Assembly (NCBI GenBank): GCA_040752575.1
Contig: JBFMGK010000049.1
Span: 1 to 22,269 of the forward strand
Direction of reading: 5' to 3'
DNA from: Candidatus Bipolaricaulota bacterium
GTDB lineage: Bacteria; Bipolaricaulota; Bipolaricaulia; UBA7950; UBA9294
Length of the DNA: 22,269 bases
The notes under the pieces were generated by a model. It was not told the origin of the DNA. It saw only the letters and a list, made by a program, of their open reading frames with translations, and made no database searches. Positions 8,013 to 17,075 of this stretch are shown one piece after another. The translations under genes were made by a program, and so were the position numbers. The first letter of the stretch is position 1, and the number at the start of each line of letters is the position of its first letter.

Positions 8013-9329
8013 TCAGGCCCCTGCCACCTGGATCGTCCCGACGAGAACATACGGCGCCAGTCCTCCCGACAACATGCTCGCGTGCGTCGCGCGGCGCTCG
8101 GCGCTCAGGGACGGAACGTCCAGCAGGTCTCGGTAGATGTCGCACGAGATCATCGTTCGATCGAGGCGTCCGACGACCTTGCCGTTGCGCACGTGGAACC
8201 CCAGCGCCTGCACGGCGAATTGCCCCTGGCGGTAGTTGCCGGAGTGGAAGCCGAGGCCGCCTGTGACGAGGAGGCCCTCATCGAGGTCGCGGATCATCTC
8301 CGCGACCGAGGAGGTCCCGGCGGCAACCGAGAAGTGGATCGGCCAAGGGTTGGGGGAGATCTCGGTGCCGACGTCGAACAGCTCTCGTTTCAGGCCGTTT
8401 CCGGTCGACGTGCGCCCGAGCACGGCCGCGGTGCGCAGATCCAATAGGAGACCGCGCAGGATGCCACGCTCGATCAGGGCCCGCCGCGCACAGGGAGTTC
8501 CCTCGTCGTCAAAGGCTCTCGCGTTGGGCCCGGCGTCGGGTCCGGGATCGTCGTGGATCGTGAGCTGAGGCGACAGGATCTGCGCTCCCTCGCGGCCGAG
8601 GAGCGGGGACGTGCCTTCGGCAAACGCGGATCCCGAGAGGGTGGCCCAGAGCGGCAGGAGGTAGAGGAATGATGCCTCGGGGGCGAAGATCGCCGGGTAC
8701 TTTCCGGTCTTGGGCGTCGAGGACGTCTGCGTCCAGCCGTACCACTCGTCGAACTCGGCCACGAGCTCCAGCGGCACGTCGAGCGGATGAACCGAGGACA
8801 TCGACTTGACCACGCCGACGCCCGCGCCGCGGATCGGGGCACCGAACGCCAGGTAGACGCCACTGACAAGATCTTCGGCGTCGCTCCCTTCGGTGCTCTG
8901 TACCACGCGGCGCGTCGTGGCAGCGGTCGCGCGCAGGATCAGGGCGACGTCGGGTCGGACGCGCCGCACGGCGTTCCGCGTCGCCTCGCAAAGGGCAATG
9001 AGATCTCCGCTCGTGAGCTGATCTGTTGCCTCGTCATAGGCGGACGGTGAGCGGTAGTCCGCCGAGGGGGCAAAGCGGAACGGCGGCGGGTCCCCGAGCG
9101 CGGCGGCCCGTCGTGCCTGATCGAGGAGTCCCGCCTGTTCGGGACTTGTCCCAAAGGTCGTGCCCATGCGGCCCTCGTGGACGGCGCGCACCGCAACCGA
9201 GGACAGATCCTCTTCCGTGACGCGATGCAACTGCCAGTTCTCGTACGCCACGCTCGTCGTGCGCTCGCGGAGCCAGTAGAGCTCGGCCGCGTCCCCGGCG
9301 CGACGCGCTTGCTCGATGAGATCTCGCAT
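8013..9329 (-). CDS. tldE: TldE/PmbA-family protein (non-catalytic partner)
   Basis: Start MRDLIEQ overlaps the tldD stop (TGATG); TIHDDP, AFDDEG.P, LIERGIL, STGNG motifs; no HExxxH. Confidence 0.8.
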   Translation of the reverse strand: MRDLIEQARRAGDAAELYWLRERTTSVAYENWQLHRVTEEDLSSVAVRAVHEGRMGTTFGTSPEQAGLLDQARRAAALGDPPPFRFAPSADYRSPSAYDEATDQLTSGDLIALCEATRNAVRRVRPDVALILRATAATTRRVVQSTEGSDAEDLVSGVYLAFGAPIRGAGVGVVKSMSSVHPLDVPLELVAEFDEWYGWTQTSSTPKTGKYPAIFAPEASFLYLLPLWATLSGSAFAEGTSPLLGREGAQILSPQLTIHDDPGPDAGPNARAFDDEGTPCARRALIERGILRGLLLDLRTAAVLGRTSTGNGLKRELFDVGTEISPNPWPIHFSVAAGTSSVAEMIRDLDEGLLVTGGLGFHSGNYRQGQFAVQALGFHVRNGKVVGRLDRTMISCDIYRDLLDVPSLSAERRATHASMLSGGLAPYVLVGTIQVAGA

Positions 9330-10702
9330 CAGATGCCTCCCACCGTGACACGGTCGATCTTGATGTGCGGCGCACCCTTGCCGGACTTGCGATTCGTCTG
9401 CATCGGGGCCCCCTTGCCGCACCCGCCGCGTTCCGAGAACGCAAGGTCGTTCCCGATGAGGGAGATGGCCCCAAGCGTCGAGAAGAGCTCGCCGCTCATG
9501 TTGATGTCCCGCACGAGGTTCCCCAGTCGCCCGCCGTCGATCCTGCGCCCCCACAGCGCGCCGAAGCTGAACTGGTCTCCTGCCGTCTGACCGCCCTTGG
9601 CACCCACGAGGTAGTACCCGCGATCGATCGACGCGACCATATCCTCGAACGTCGATGTGCCAGGCTCGATGTAGATGTTCGACATCCGCACGAGGGGAGT
9701 GAACGTCGCGCCCACGGCGCGCATGTTGCCGCTCAGCGGCTCGCCGAACTCTGCGGCCGTCTCTCGGGAGTGCATTCGTCCGGCAAGCACTCCGCTGCGA
9801 ATCAGGTCCGTACGCGTCGCAGCCACCCCTTCGTCGTCGACCGCGTAGCTTCCCGGCAGGTTCGGCAGCAGGGGGTCATCGACGACGCTGAGGTGCGAAC
9901 CGCCAAGGACGACGCCAAGCTTGAGCCTGTCGCGAAACGCTGGATTGCCCTGGAGACCGTCGGCTTCCGACAGGTGTCCGAACGCCTCGTGAATGAACAC
10001 GCTGGCCTCGCTGGGATCGAGGATCACGGGGAAGATGCCTGCCCGGGCAGGTTCGGCCAGCGGGAGTTCCTTGGCGACCTCCAAGGTTGCTCGGAGCTCG
10101 TCCTCGCGCCCGAGCAGCCGATGGAACGACTCGTTGCCTCCGTAGGCGAATCTCACGCGCTGCACAACGCCGTTTCGCTGTGTCACGATGAGGCCGTAGA
10201 GGGTGACGTTCAGAAGCTCGTACTCGATAGCGGTCCCCTCGCTGTTCGCGAACGTCCGCCGCGCCGAGAACTCGTCGTATTCAACCTCGGTGGCGACGAC
10301 AGAACGCTCCTGCAGAAGGATGTCGTTGTAGTGTCGGGCAAGATCGACCTTGTCGGCGAGTGCGATGGTGCGCGGATCTTGCACCGGGGCGACGGGGAAG
10401 ACGCCCGACAGAGCGGGCGCCGGTGCGAGGCGAAGCGGAGCATCGCGCCGCTCCCCGGCCCGTGCGGCGGATGCAGCCGTGGATGCTGCGACGGCCGAGC
10501 CGCGGTCGGGCGACGTGAACGTACCCACGGCCTTTCCGCCGTGCGCGTACGCGCGGACGTGCCCGCCGGAGACGCTGTACTCCGTGGCTTCGCGCAGCGC
10601 GCGCGTGCGAAGCGACACCGTGACTCGCCGATCCTCCTCCAACCGGACGTCGGCGTAGTCGACGGGCATCTGGGTCAGGACTTGTCGAGCCTCGTGAATC
10701 AT
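9329..10702 (-). CDS. tldD: TldD-family metalloprotease
   Basis: IHEAFGHLSEAD (HExxxH), VVDDP, YAVDDEG, VRMSNIYI, GGCGKG. The ATG at 10702 is preferred over the TTG at 10720. Confidence 0.9.
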   Translation of the reverse strand: MIHEARQVLTQMPVDYADVRLEEDRRVTVSLRTRALREATEYSVSGGHVRAYAHGGKAVGTFTSPDRGSAVAASTAASAARAGERRDAPLRLAPAPALSGVFPVAPVQDPRTIALADKVDLARHYNDILLQERSVVATEVEYDEFSARRTFANSEGTAIEYELLNVTLYGLIVTQRNGVVQRVRFAYGGNESFHRLLGREDELRATLEVAKELPLAEPARAGIFPVILDPSEASVFIHEAFGHLSEADGLQGNPAFRDRLKLGVVLGGSHLSVVDDPLLPNLPGSYAVDDEGVAATRTDLIRSGVLAGRMHSRETAAEFGEPLSGNMRAVGATFTPLVRMSNIYIEPGTSTFEDMVASIDRGYYLVGAKGGQTAGDQFSFGALWGRRIDGGRLGNLVRDINMSGELFSTLGAISLIGNDLAFSERGGCGKGAPMQTNRKSGKGAPHIKIDRVTVGGI

Positions 10703-10731
10703 GAGGTCACCCGCCTGCAAAGAGATCGGCC

Positions 10732-10761
10732 ATCCTAGCGGGCGGCGACATGGTCGGGCAA
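10732..10761 (-). promoter_or_regulatory. sigma70-type promoter for tldD-tldE(-upp)
   Basis: Minus strand TTGCCC, N18, TAGGAT, 30 nt upstream of the tldD ATG. Confidence 0.55.
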
Positions 10762-10796
10762 GCCGGCAAATCTGCGCGGGTTCCGGACTGGGCCGG

Positions 10797-11594
10797 CTAG
10801 AGAATCGCCTCGAGATGGTCGACGGTCAGCTCGATGGGGTGGCCGACGTAGCGGATGACGCCCTGGCGGTCGATCACGTATGTACGGGGGATTCCGACGT
10901 CCGGTCCGGAGACTTTGTAGAGCTGCGCGATCGGGTTGCCGGCCTTTCCCCCCGGTTCCCAGAGGCTGACGAACCGCTCGAACCCGTTCGCGCTGAGGAA
11001 GGCGACGGAGTCCGCGACGTCGAGATCGGTACTGACGAGGACGGCGACGACCCCGCGCTCGGCATACGTCGCGACGAGTTCGTCCAGGTGCGGCAGGCTG
11101 GCCCGACACGGCGGGCACCAGGCACCCCAGAAGTCGAGCAAGACCACCGAGCCTCGCATCTCCCAGAGCGTGAACGGCGTTCCGTCCGTCGTGGTCGAGG
11201 AGAAGTCGGGCGCCGTGTTCCCAACCTCGGTGCCCACGGCGGGGCCGGAGGCATTCACGGTGATCGTCAGGCGGTCGGTGCCCAGGCCGCCCTGTTCGTC
11301 GGCAACGAGGAGGACGGCCTCGAAGGCGCCGTCCGCCTCGTAGACATGCCGCTGAATCACTCCGAACTCCCGTCCGGTGACAGGTGCCGTCCCGTCCCCG
11401 AAGTCCAACTCGTAGGACATCGAACGCCCTTGAGGATGCGTCGTATAGGAGAGGTCGAACGCGACCTCGAGAGGAGCATCCCCTGTGACGATCGGAGCGA
11501 CCAGCAGGGCCATCGGTAGATCTGTGGCGTCGCATCCCGCGAGGAGGAAGAGAAGGGCGAAACCGACGACGGCGAGACGCTCGAACGTTCTCAT
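10797..11594 (-). CDS. Lipoprotein with PKD domain and TlpA/ResA-like thiol-disulfide oxidoreductase domain
   Basis: Lipobox LLAG-C; GDAPLEVAFD...LDFGDG...HVYEADG (PKD); APDF...VVLLDFWGAWCPPC...GIPRTYVIDRQG (redoxin). Confidence 0.88.
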   Translation of the reverse strand: MRTFERLAVVGFALLFLLAGCDATDLPMALLVAPIVTGDAPLEVAFDLSYTTHPQGRSMSYELDFGDGTAPVTGREFGVIQRHVYEADGAFEAVLLVADEQGGLGTDRLTITVNASGPAVGTEVGNTAPDFSSTTTDGTPFTLWEMRGSVVLLDFWGAWCPPCRASLPHLDELVATYAERGVVAVLVSTDLDVADSVAFLSANGFERFVSLWEPGGKAGNPIAQLYKVSGPDVGIPRTYVIDRQGVIRYVGHPIELTVDHLEAIL

Positions 11595-11724
11595 GGTCCT
11601 ACGTTACGTAGCCGAGGCGTCGCGATGGAGTCGGATGGGGCATGTGCCTCCGACATCGCTCCGCATACAGAAGGTGCGCGATGTCCGAGTCGGGTGCGGG
11701 CGGCTCCCGAAAGGCCGGTGGGGT

Positions 11725-11753
11725 TTGACTCCGCTTCTGTACGGCGATATGAT
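11725..11753 (+). promoter_or_regulatory. Near-consensus sigma70 promoter for ileS-purA
   Basis: TTGACT (11725-11730), N17, TATGAT (11748-11753); predicted start site about 11760. Confidence 0.75.
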
Positions 11754-11770
11754 CCGGCCGTGATCCTGTT

Positions 11771-11830
11771 ATGGCCCATCGAGCACGTATCCGAACGCTT
11801 CTTCTGATCCCCATTCCGATGCCCCGCTAA
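11771..11830 (+). CDS. Candidate leader peptide MAHRARIRTLLLIPIPMPR upstream of ileS
   Basis: 19-codon ORF between the promoter and ileS with 3 Ile and 3 Leu codons; its stop lies in the loop of a GCCCC/GGGGC hairpin. No Shine-Dalgarno is visible. Confidence 0.45.
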   Translation: MAHRARIRTLLLIPIPMPR

Positions 11831-11911
11831 GGGGCGCTCGCGACGAGGGCACATCGTTTCCCGAACACAACCGGCAGCTGGCCTTGCCTTGGAGTCGAAA
11901 GAGGAGTGGAG

Positions 11912-14900
11912 ATGAAGCGATACGAGAAACTGACGCCGGATCCTGTGGCCCGAGAAGAGCAGGTTCTCGCGTTCTGGGAGCGCACGGATGCGTTTCGCGA
12001 GTCGCTGCGGCGCCGCGAGGGCGCGCCGAGCTACGTGTTCTTCGAGGGCCCGCCGACGGCGAACGGGCAGCCTCATCTTGGGCACCTCATGCCGCGGGTG
12101 CTCAAGGACCTCTACCCGCGCTACATGACGATGCGGGGATACTACGTCGGCCGAAAGGGCGGATGGGACACGCACGGCCTTCCCGTGGAACTCGAGGTCG
12201 AGAAGGAGATCGGCGTCAATAGCAAGCCAGAGATTGAGGCGTTCGGCGTCGAGCGGTTCGTCGAGCGATGCAAGGCGTCGGTCTGGAAGTACAAGTCCGA
12301 CTGGGAAACGATGATGCGGCGGATGGGCTTCTGGATTGACCTCGAGAACGCCTATGTGACCTACACGGACTCCTACATCGAGTCGGTCTGGTGGGCGCTG
12401 GCGACCATGTTCCGGCGGGGCCTGCTCTACAAGGGGCACAAGACCCTCCCGTACTGCCCGCGCTGCGGGACGGGGCTCTCATCGCACGAGGTCGCGCAGG
12501 GGTACCGCGAGATCGAAGAGACGTCGGTCTACGTTCGCATGCCGATTGTGGCCGATGGCGACGCGGCGTACTCGCGAGACGGCGGCGCGCGGACGTCGCT
12601 CGTGACGTGGACGACGACTCCGTGGACGCTGCCAGCGAATGTCGCGTTGGCGGTTTCAGAAGACGCGACCTACGTCGAGGCGGAAAGGGACGGCGAGCGA
12701 CTGATCGTCGCTCTGCCCCTGGCGGAGAGCGCGCTCGGAGCCGGGGCGCGCCTCGGCCGGCGGTTTCGCGGTGCCGATCTGGTCGGCCTGCGTTACGAGC
12801 CGCCGTATCGGTTGACGGACGCGCCGACGGCGCACCGCGTCGTCTCGGCCGGATTCGTCAACCTCGAGGATGGGACGGGGATCGTGCACATCGCATCGGC
12901 CTTCGGAGAGGATGACTACCGGCTCGGCCAGGAGGTCGGGCTGCCGTTTGTGCAGCCGGTCGATCTTGCCGGCAAGTACACGGACGAGTTCCCGATGTGT
13001 GCCGGGCAGTTCGTGAAGGACGCCGACCCGGGCATCGTGGCCGATCTCGAGAATCGCGGGCTGCTCCTCCGCACGGCCGTCATCCGCCACGACTATCCGT
13101 TCTGCTGGCGTTGTCGAACCCCGCTTCTCTACTACGCGATGGACTCCTGGTACATCCGTACGACGCAGTTCCGCGACGCGATGATCGCCGAGAACGAGAA
13201 GATCCGCTGGGTCCCGGATCACGTTGGGGAAGGCCGGCTGGGCGACTTCCTCGAGAACCTCAAAGACTGGGCGGTGTCGCGCGAGCGGTACTGGGGCACA
13301 CCGCTGAACCTCTGGATCTGCTCAAGCTGCGGCGAGGTCTCGTCCGTAGGGAGCCGGAAGGAACTCGTCGAGCGCGCGTTGCAGCCGGAGCTTGCCGAGA
13401 CGGTGGAGCTGCACCGACCCTACATCGACGCCGTCGCGCTGCGGTGCGACGCGTGTGGGAAAGAGGCGAGACGTGTTCCCTACGTGATCGACACGTGGTT
13501 CGACTCGGGAAGCATGCACACCGCACAATGGCACTTCCCGTTCGAGAACGAGAAGCAGTTCCGCGAGAGTTACCCGGCGGACTTCATCTGCGAGGCCATG
13601 GAACAGACGCGCGGCTGGTTCTACACGCTGCTCGCCACGGGGACCATCCTCTACGGCCAGGCTCCTTACCGCACCTGCGTTGCGACGGGATTGGGATTGG
13701 ATGGCGAGGGGCTCAAGATGAGCAAGAGCCGCGGGAACGTGCTCGATCCATGGGCGTCTCTGAGTCGCTACGGGGCCGACAGCATCCGCTGGTACTTCCT
13801 CTCGTCCAGCGCACCGTGGAAGTCCAAGCGCTTGGCCGACGCGGCTCTGCAGGAGCCGCTGTACCGATTCCTCGACACGCTTCGGAACACGTACGACTTC
13901 TTCGCGCTGTATGCGACGATCGACGGATACGATCCAGCGACGCATGCCGTTTCCGCGGGCGGTCTCGAGGTGATCGACCGTTGGATCCTTTCCCGACTCG
14001 ACAGCACGGCGCGGGCGATGACCGCGGCCCTTGACGAATACGACGTCGTCGCGGCGACCGCGGCCATCGAGGCGTTCGTCGACGACCTGTCCAACTGGTA
14101 CGTACGGCTCTCGCGGCGGAGGTTCTGGAAGGGCGGTTTGGGGCCGGACAAAGCTGCGGCGTACGGCACCTTGCGCTCCGTGCTGCTTGACGTCGCCAAG
14201 CTCGTCGCGCCGTTCGTCCCGTTCCTGGCGGAGGCCGTGTACCAGGGACTCCGCGAGGAGTCCGATGCGTCGAGCGTCCACCTCTGCGCGTACCCGTCCC
14301 CCGACGAAGTGCGGATCGATAGTGAGCTTGAGGCCGAAATGGAGTTCGCGCGTCGTGTTGCGGCGCTGGGGCACCAAGCGAGAAACCAAGCCCAGGTGAA
14401 GGTACGACAACCCCTCGCCAGGGCCGTCGTGGAGGCGGATGGCGTCGTGATGAGAGACGCGGTGCGCGACTTGGTTGCTCAGGAACTCAACGTGGCCGGT
14501 GTGGAGATCGTCGGCAAGGCCTCCGAGCTGTCGTCGCTCTCGGCATCGCCCAACTTCCGCACACTGGGCCCGCGTCTGGGCCCGCACGGCCCCAAGGCGG
14601 CGGAGTGGATTCGGCAGCAGGATCCGCTCGATCTTCAGTCGTCTCTCGCTATCGGACCGGTGCACATCGCGATCGACGGGACTCCGGTGGAGGTTCGGCC
14701 GGAGGACATCGCCTGGTCGTCGTCCCTCCGCGAGGGCATCGTGGAGGCGAGAGGCCACCGCGAGCGCGTCCTGCTCGATATTCGATTGGACAGAACCCTG
14801 CGCGAGCAAGGCTTGCTGCGCGAGGTCGTTCACCGCATTCAGCTTGCGCGGAAGGAGGCGGGGTTCTCGGTGACGGATCGCGTCGTGCTGGGTTGGAAGG

Positions 14901-15079
14901 CGGATGACGGCGTTGCGCAGATCATCCGCGACCACCGCCAGGAGATCGCGGACGAAGTTCTGGCCGTAGACGTGCGCGACGGAATCCAAAGCACTGCCGA
15001 GCGCTGCGAGACGATCGCCATGCCGGAGGGGACGTTGACGATCTCGCTCCACCGCGCGGACCGCGAGGAGGGCCAATGA
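11912..15079 (+). CDS. ileS: Isoleucine--tRNA ligase, type 2 (archaeal/eukaryote-like)
   Basis: GAGGAG RBS; EGPPTANG.PHLGH, GWDTHGLPVE, WTTTPWTLP, DWAVSRERYWGTP, KMSKS; long C-terminal extension (REVVHRIQLARKEAGFSVTDR) instead of the IleRS1 zinc finger. Confidence 0.97.
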   Translation: MKRYEKLTPDPVAREEQVLAFWERTDAFRESLRRREGAPSYVFFEGPPTANGQPHLGHLMPRVLKDLYPRYMTMRGYYVGRKGGWDTHGLPVELEVEKEIGVNSKPEIEAFGVERFVERCKASVWKYKSDWETMMRRMGFWIDLENAYVTYTDSYIESVWWALATMFRRGLLYKGHKTLPYCPRCGTGLSSHEVAQGYREIEETSVYVRMPIVADGDAAYSRDGGARTSLVTWTTTPWTLPANVALAVSEDATYVEAERDGERLIVALPLAESALGAGARLGRRFRGADLVGLRYEPPYRLTDAPTAHRVVSAGFVNLEDGTGIVHIASAFGEDDYRLGQEVGLPFVQPVDLAGKYTDEFPMCAGQFVKDADPGIVADLENRGLLLRTAVIRHDYPFCWRCRTPLLYYAMDSWYIRTTQFRDAMIAENEKIRWVPDHVGEGRLGDFLENLKDWAVSRERYWGTPLNLWICSSCGEVSSVGSRKELVERALQPELAETVELHRPYIDAVALRCDACGKEARRVPYVIDTWFDSGSMHTAQWHFPFENEKQFRESYPADFICEAMEQTRGWFYTLLATGTILYGQAPYRTCVATGLGLDGEGLKMSKSRGNVLDPWASLSRYGADSIRWYFLSSSAPWKSKRLADAALQEPLYRFLDTLRNTYDFFALYATIDGYDPATHAVSAGGLEVIDRWILSRLDSTARAMTAALDEYDVVAATAAIEAFVDDLSNWYVRLSRRRFWKGGLGPDKAAAYGTLRSVLLDVAKLVAPFVPFLAEAVYQGLREESDASSVHLCAYPSPDEVRIDSELEAEMEFARRVAALGHQARNQAQVKVRQPLARAVVEADGVVMRDAVRDLVAQELNVAGVEIVGKASELSSLSASPNFRTLGPRLGPHGPKAAEWIRQQDPLDLQSSLAIGPVHIAIDGTPVEVRPEDIAWSSSLREGIVEARGHRERVLLDIRLDRTLREQGLLREVVHRIQLARKEAGFSVTDRVVLGWKADDGVAQIIRDHRQEIADEVLAVDVRDGIQSTAERCETIAMPEGTLTISLHRADREEGQ

Positions 15080-16341
15080 ACACCGCCGTGGTCGGATTGC
15101 AGTGGGGAGACGAGGGGAAAGGCAAGATCACACATCTCCTCGCGCGTGGGGCGAAGTATGTCGTGCGCTTCAACGGGGGACCGAACGCCGGCCACACGGT
15201 CGTGGACCGCGGCGTACGGCTGGCGACCCACCTTCTGCCTGCCGGCGTCTTCTTCCCCGGGTGCACGGCAGTCCTTGCGGGCGGCATGGTCATCGACTTC
15301 GAGGCCCTGCGCGAGGAGTACGACGCGATTCGCCGGCACCTTGGCGAGCCCCCGCGCCTTGCGATCGCTGAAAACGCCCACCTCATCTTGCCCTATCACC
15401 GGGTGATGGAGGAGATCGAGGGCAGCGGCGCGCATTTCGGCACGACCCGACGCGGGATCGCGCCGGCATACCGAGACAAGGCGGCCCACGTCGGAGTCCG
15501 CGCAGGCGATCTGGCCGCGCCGGACGGGCTATGCGGGAAGATCGCCGAGAGGCTGGAATCCCTTTGCCGTCAATGGCCGGCGAGCGAGGCCCTCCGTGCA
15601 CTGTCTGCTGAGAAGATGTGCGCCGCGTTGCTCGAGGCGGCCGAGCCGTGGAGAGACTCGATCAGGAACGTGGCGGCGGAGCTTCGGTGCGCAATGGAGC
15701 GGGGCGATGCGGTGCTATTCGAGGGCGCGCAAGGCGCTCTCCTGGACGTCGACTTCGGGACGTACCCTTATGTCACGTCGTCGTCCACGACGATCGGAGG
15801 CATCGCACCGTCGATCGGCGCCGCCGTTCCCGCGATCGAGCGACGCGTGGGCGTCGTCAAAGCCTACACGAGTCGCGTCGGCGAAGGACCCTTCCCGACC
15901 GAACTCAACGACCCGGTTGGGACGCACCTGAGAACCGTGGGGGGGGAGTTCGGGACAACCACCGGGCGCCCCCGCCGCTGCGGATGGCTGGACCTTGTGG
16001 CGCTGCGCTACGCGGCGGCGTTGAACGCGGTGAACGAGCTCGCGATCACGAAACTCGATGTGCTGTCCGGCCTCGAGGCGCTGAAGGTCTGCACGGAGTA
16101 CCGGGTCGGGGGGAGACGTGTCGAGAGCTTCCCGCTGTCCGGCGAGACGCTGGCGGTGTGCGAGCCGGTCTACGAGATGTTCCAGGGATGGCCCGAAGAC
16201 CTCCGCACGTTGACCAAGCAGAGCGATCTGCCCGGCGCAGCGCGACGCTACGTCGAGGCCCTCGAGGACTCCCTCGCGGCGCCGGCGACGATCCTCTCCG
16301 TGGGGGCCGGTCCCGAACAAACGATAGGAACAGGGCTTTGA
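15076..16341 (+). CDS. purA: Adenylosuccinate synthetase
   Basis: [60 protein letters not shown] overlap with ileS. Confidence 0.97.
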   Translation: MNTAVVGLQWGDEGKGKITHLLARGAKYVVRFNGGPNAGHTVVDRGVRLATHLLPAGVFFPGCTAVLAGGMVIDFEALREEYDAIRRHLGEPPRLAIAENAHLILPYHRVMEEIEGSGAHFGTTRRGIAPAYRDKAAHVGVRAGDLAAPDGLCGKIAERLESLCRQWPASEALRALSAEKMCAALLEAAEPWRDSIRNVAAELRCAMERGDAVLFEGAQGALLDVDFGTYPYVTSSSTTIGGIAPSIGAAVPAIERRVGVVKAYTSRVGEGPFPTELNDPVGTHLRTVGGEFGTTTGRPRRCGWLDLVALRYAAALNAVNELAITKLDVLSGLEALKVCTEYRVGGRRVESFPLSGETLAVCEPVYEMFQGWPEDLRTLTKQSDLPGAARRYVEALEDSLAAPATILSVGAGPEQTIGTGL

Positions 16342-16366
16342 AACGTTCCTTGGGCGCGGCTATAAT
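16338..16366 (+). promoter_or_regulatory. Strong sigma70 promoter for rplM
   Basis: TTGAAA (16338-16343, overlapping the purA stop), N17, TATAAT (16361-16366). Confidence 0.8.
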
Positions 16367-16405
16367 CCCCGCCGATCGAGGGATTGCCCTGAAGGAGAGC
16401 GAATC

Positions 16406-16852
16406 ATGCAACGGACGTTTGTGGCGAAGAACCAAGAGATGGGGACGAGTTGGGACCGCGACTGGTACGTCGTCAACGCGGACGGCAAGCGACTCGGCCG
16501 CCTCGCGAGCGAGATCGCGGTCATCCTCCAGGGTAAGCACAAGCCCATCTACACGCCTCACGTCGATACCGGCGACTACATCGTCGTGATCAACGCCGAG
16601 CGCGTCGAGCTGACGGGGCGCAAGTGGGACGACAAGCTCTATCAGCGCCACACGGGGTACATGGGCGGGCTCAAGGAGATGTCATATCGCCGCCTCATTC
16701 AGCGCCACCCCGAGTTGCCGGTCCGCGAGGCCGTGCGGCGTATGCTCCCGAAGACGATTCTGGGGCGTCAGATGCTGCGGAAGCTGAAGATCTACGCGGG
16801 TCCCGTCCATCCGCATGTCGCGCAGCAGCCGAAGGAGCTCGAGGTCTGCTAG
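16406..16852 (+). CDS. rplM: 50S ribosomal protein L13
   Basis: [65 protein letters not shown]. Confidence 0.98.
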   Translation: MQRTFVAKNQEMGTSWDRDWYVVNADGKRLGRLASEIAVILQGKHKPIYTPHVDTGDYIVVINAERVELTGRKWDDKLYQRHTGYMGGLKEMSYRRLIQRHPELPVREAVRRMLPKTILGRQMLRKLKIYAGPVHPHVAQQPKELEVC

Positions 16853-16873
16853 TCCTATCCGTCGTCGATCCCG

Positions 16874-16915
16874 GCTGAGGGGCCCGCGACAGCGTCGCGG
16901 GCCCCTCGGCTTTCT
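16874..16915 (+). terminator. Intrinsic terminator after rplM
   Basis: GCTGAGGGGCCCGCGAC-AGC-GTCGCGGGCCCCTCGGC (17-bp stem, one G-U pair) followed by TTTCT. Confidence 0.8.
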
Positions 16916-17075
16916 CCAAAGACAGACGTCGCGTCGCCGAGGGCGGGACGTTTGTCCGCGGCGGCATAGACAAACCCGGACCAGGGCTTCGACAGCGTTC
17001 CTTCCGGGTTCCGCGTCCTTAGGGCTAGACTCCCGAACGTGTCCTAGGTTTCGTGACACGGGTGGTGGGAGAGAC

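Noticed and set aside
8013..10702. RiPP/microcin-type cluster around tldD/tldE
   Set aside because: No precursor peptide, YcaO, radical SAM or exporter is nearby; a standalone TldD/E pair is common.
11661..11744. tRNA, tRNA-Sec, tmRNA or SRP RNA (GGTTTGACTCC looks like a T-arm; CCGAAAGG loop)
   Set aside because: No cloverleaf, acceptor stem or CCA, and no SRP CAGG...AGCAG core. TTGACT is better explained as a -35 element.
11751..11911. T-box riboswitch upstream of ileS (GATCCGGCC resembles the start of actinobacterial ileS T-box stem I)
   Set aside because: It is not followed by an ATC specifier or the complementary arm, there is no GGTGGnACC antiterminator bulge, and the match overlaps the -10 element.
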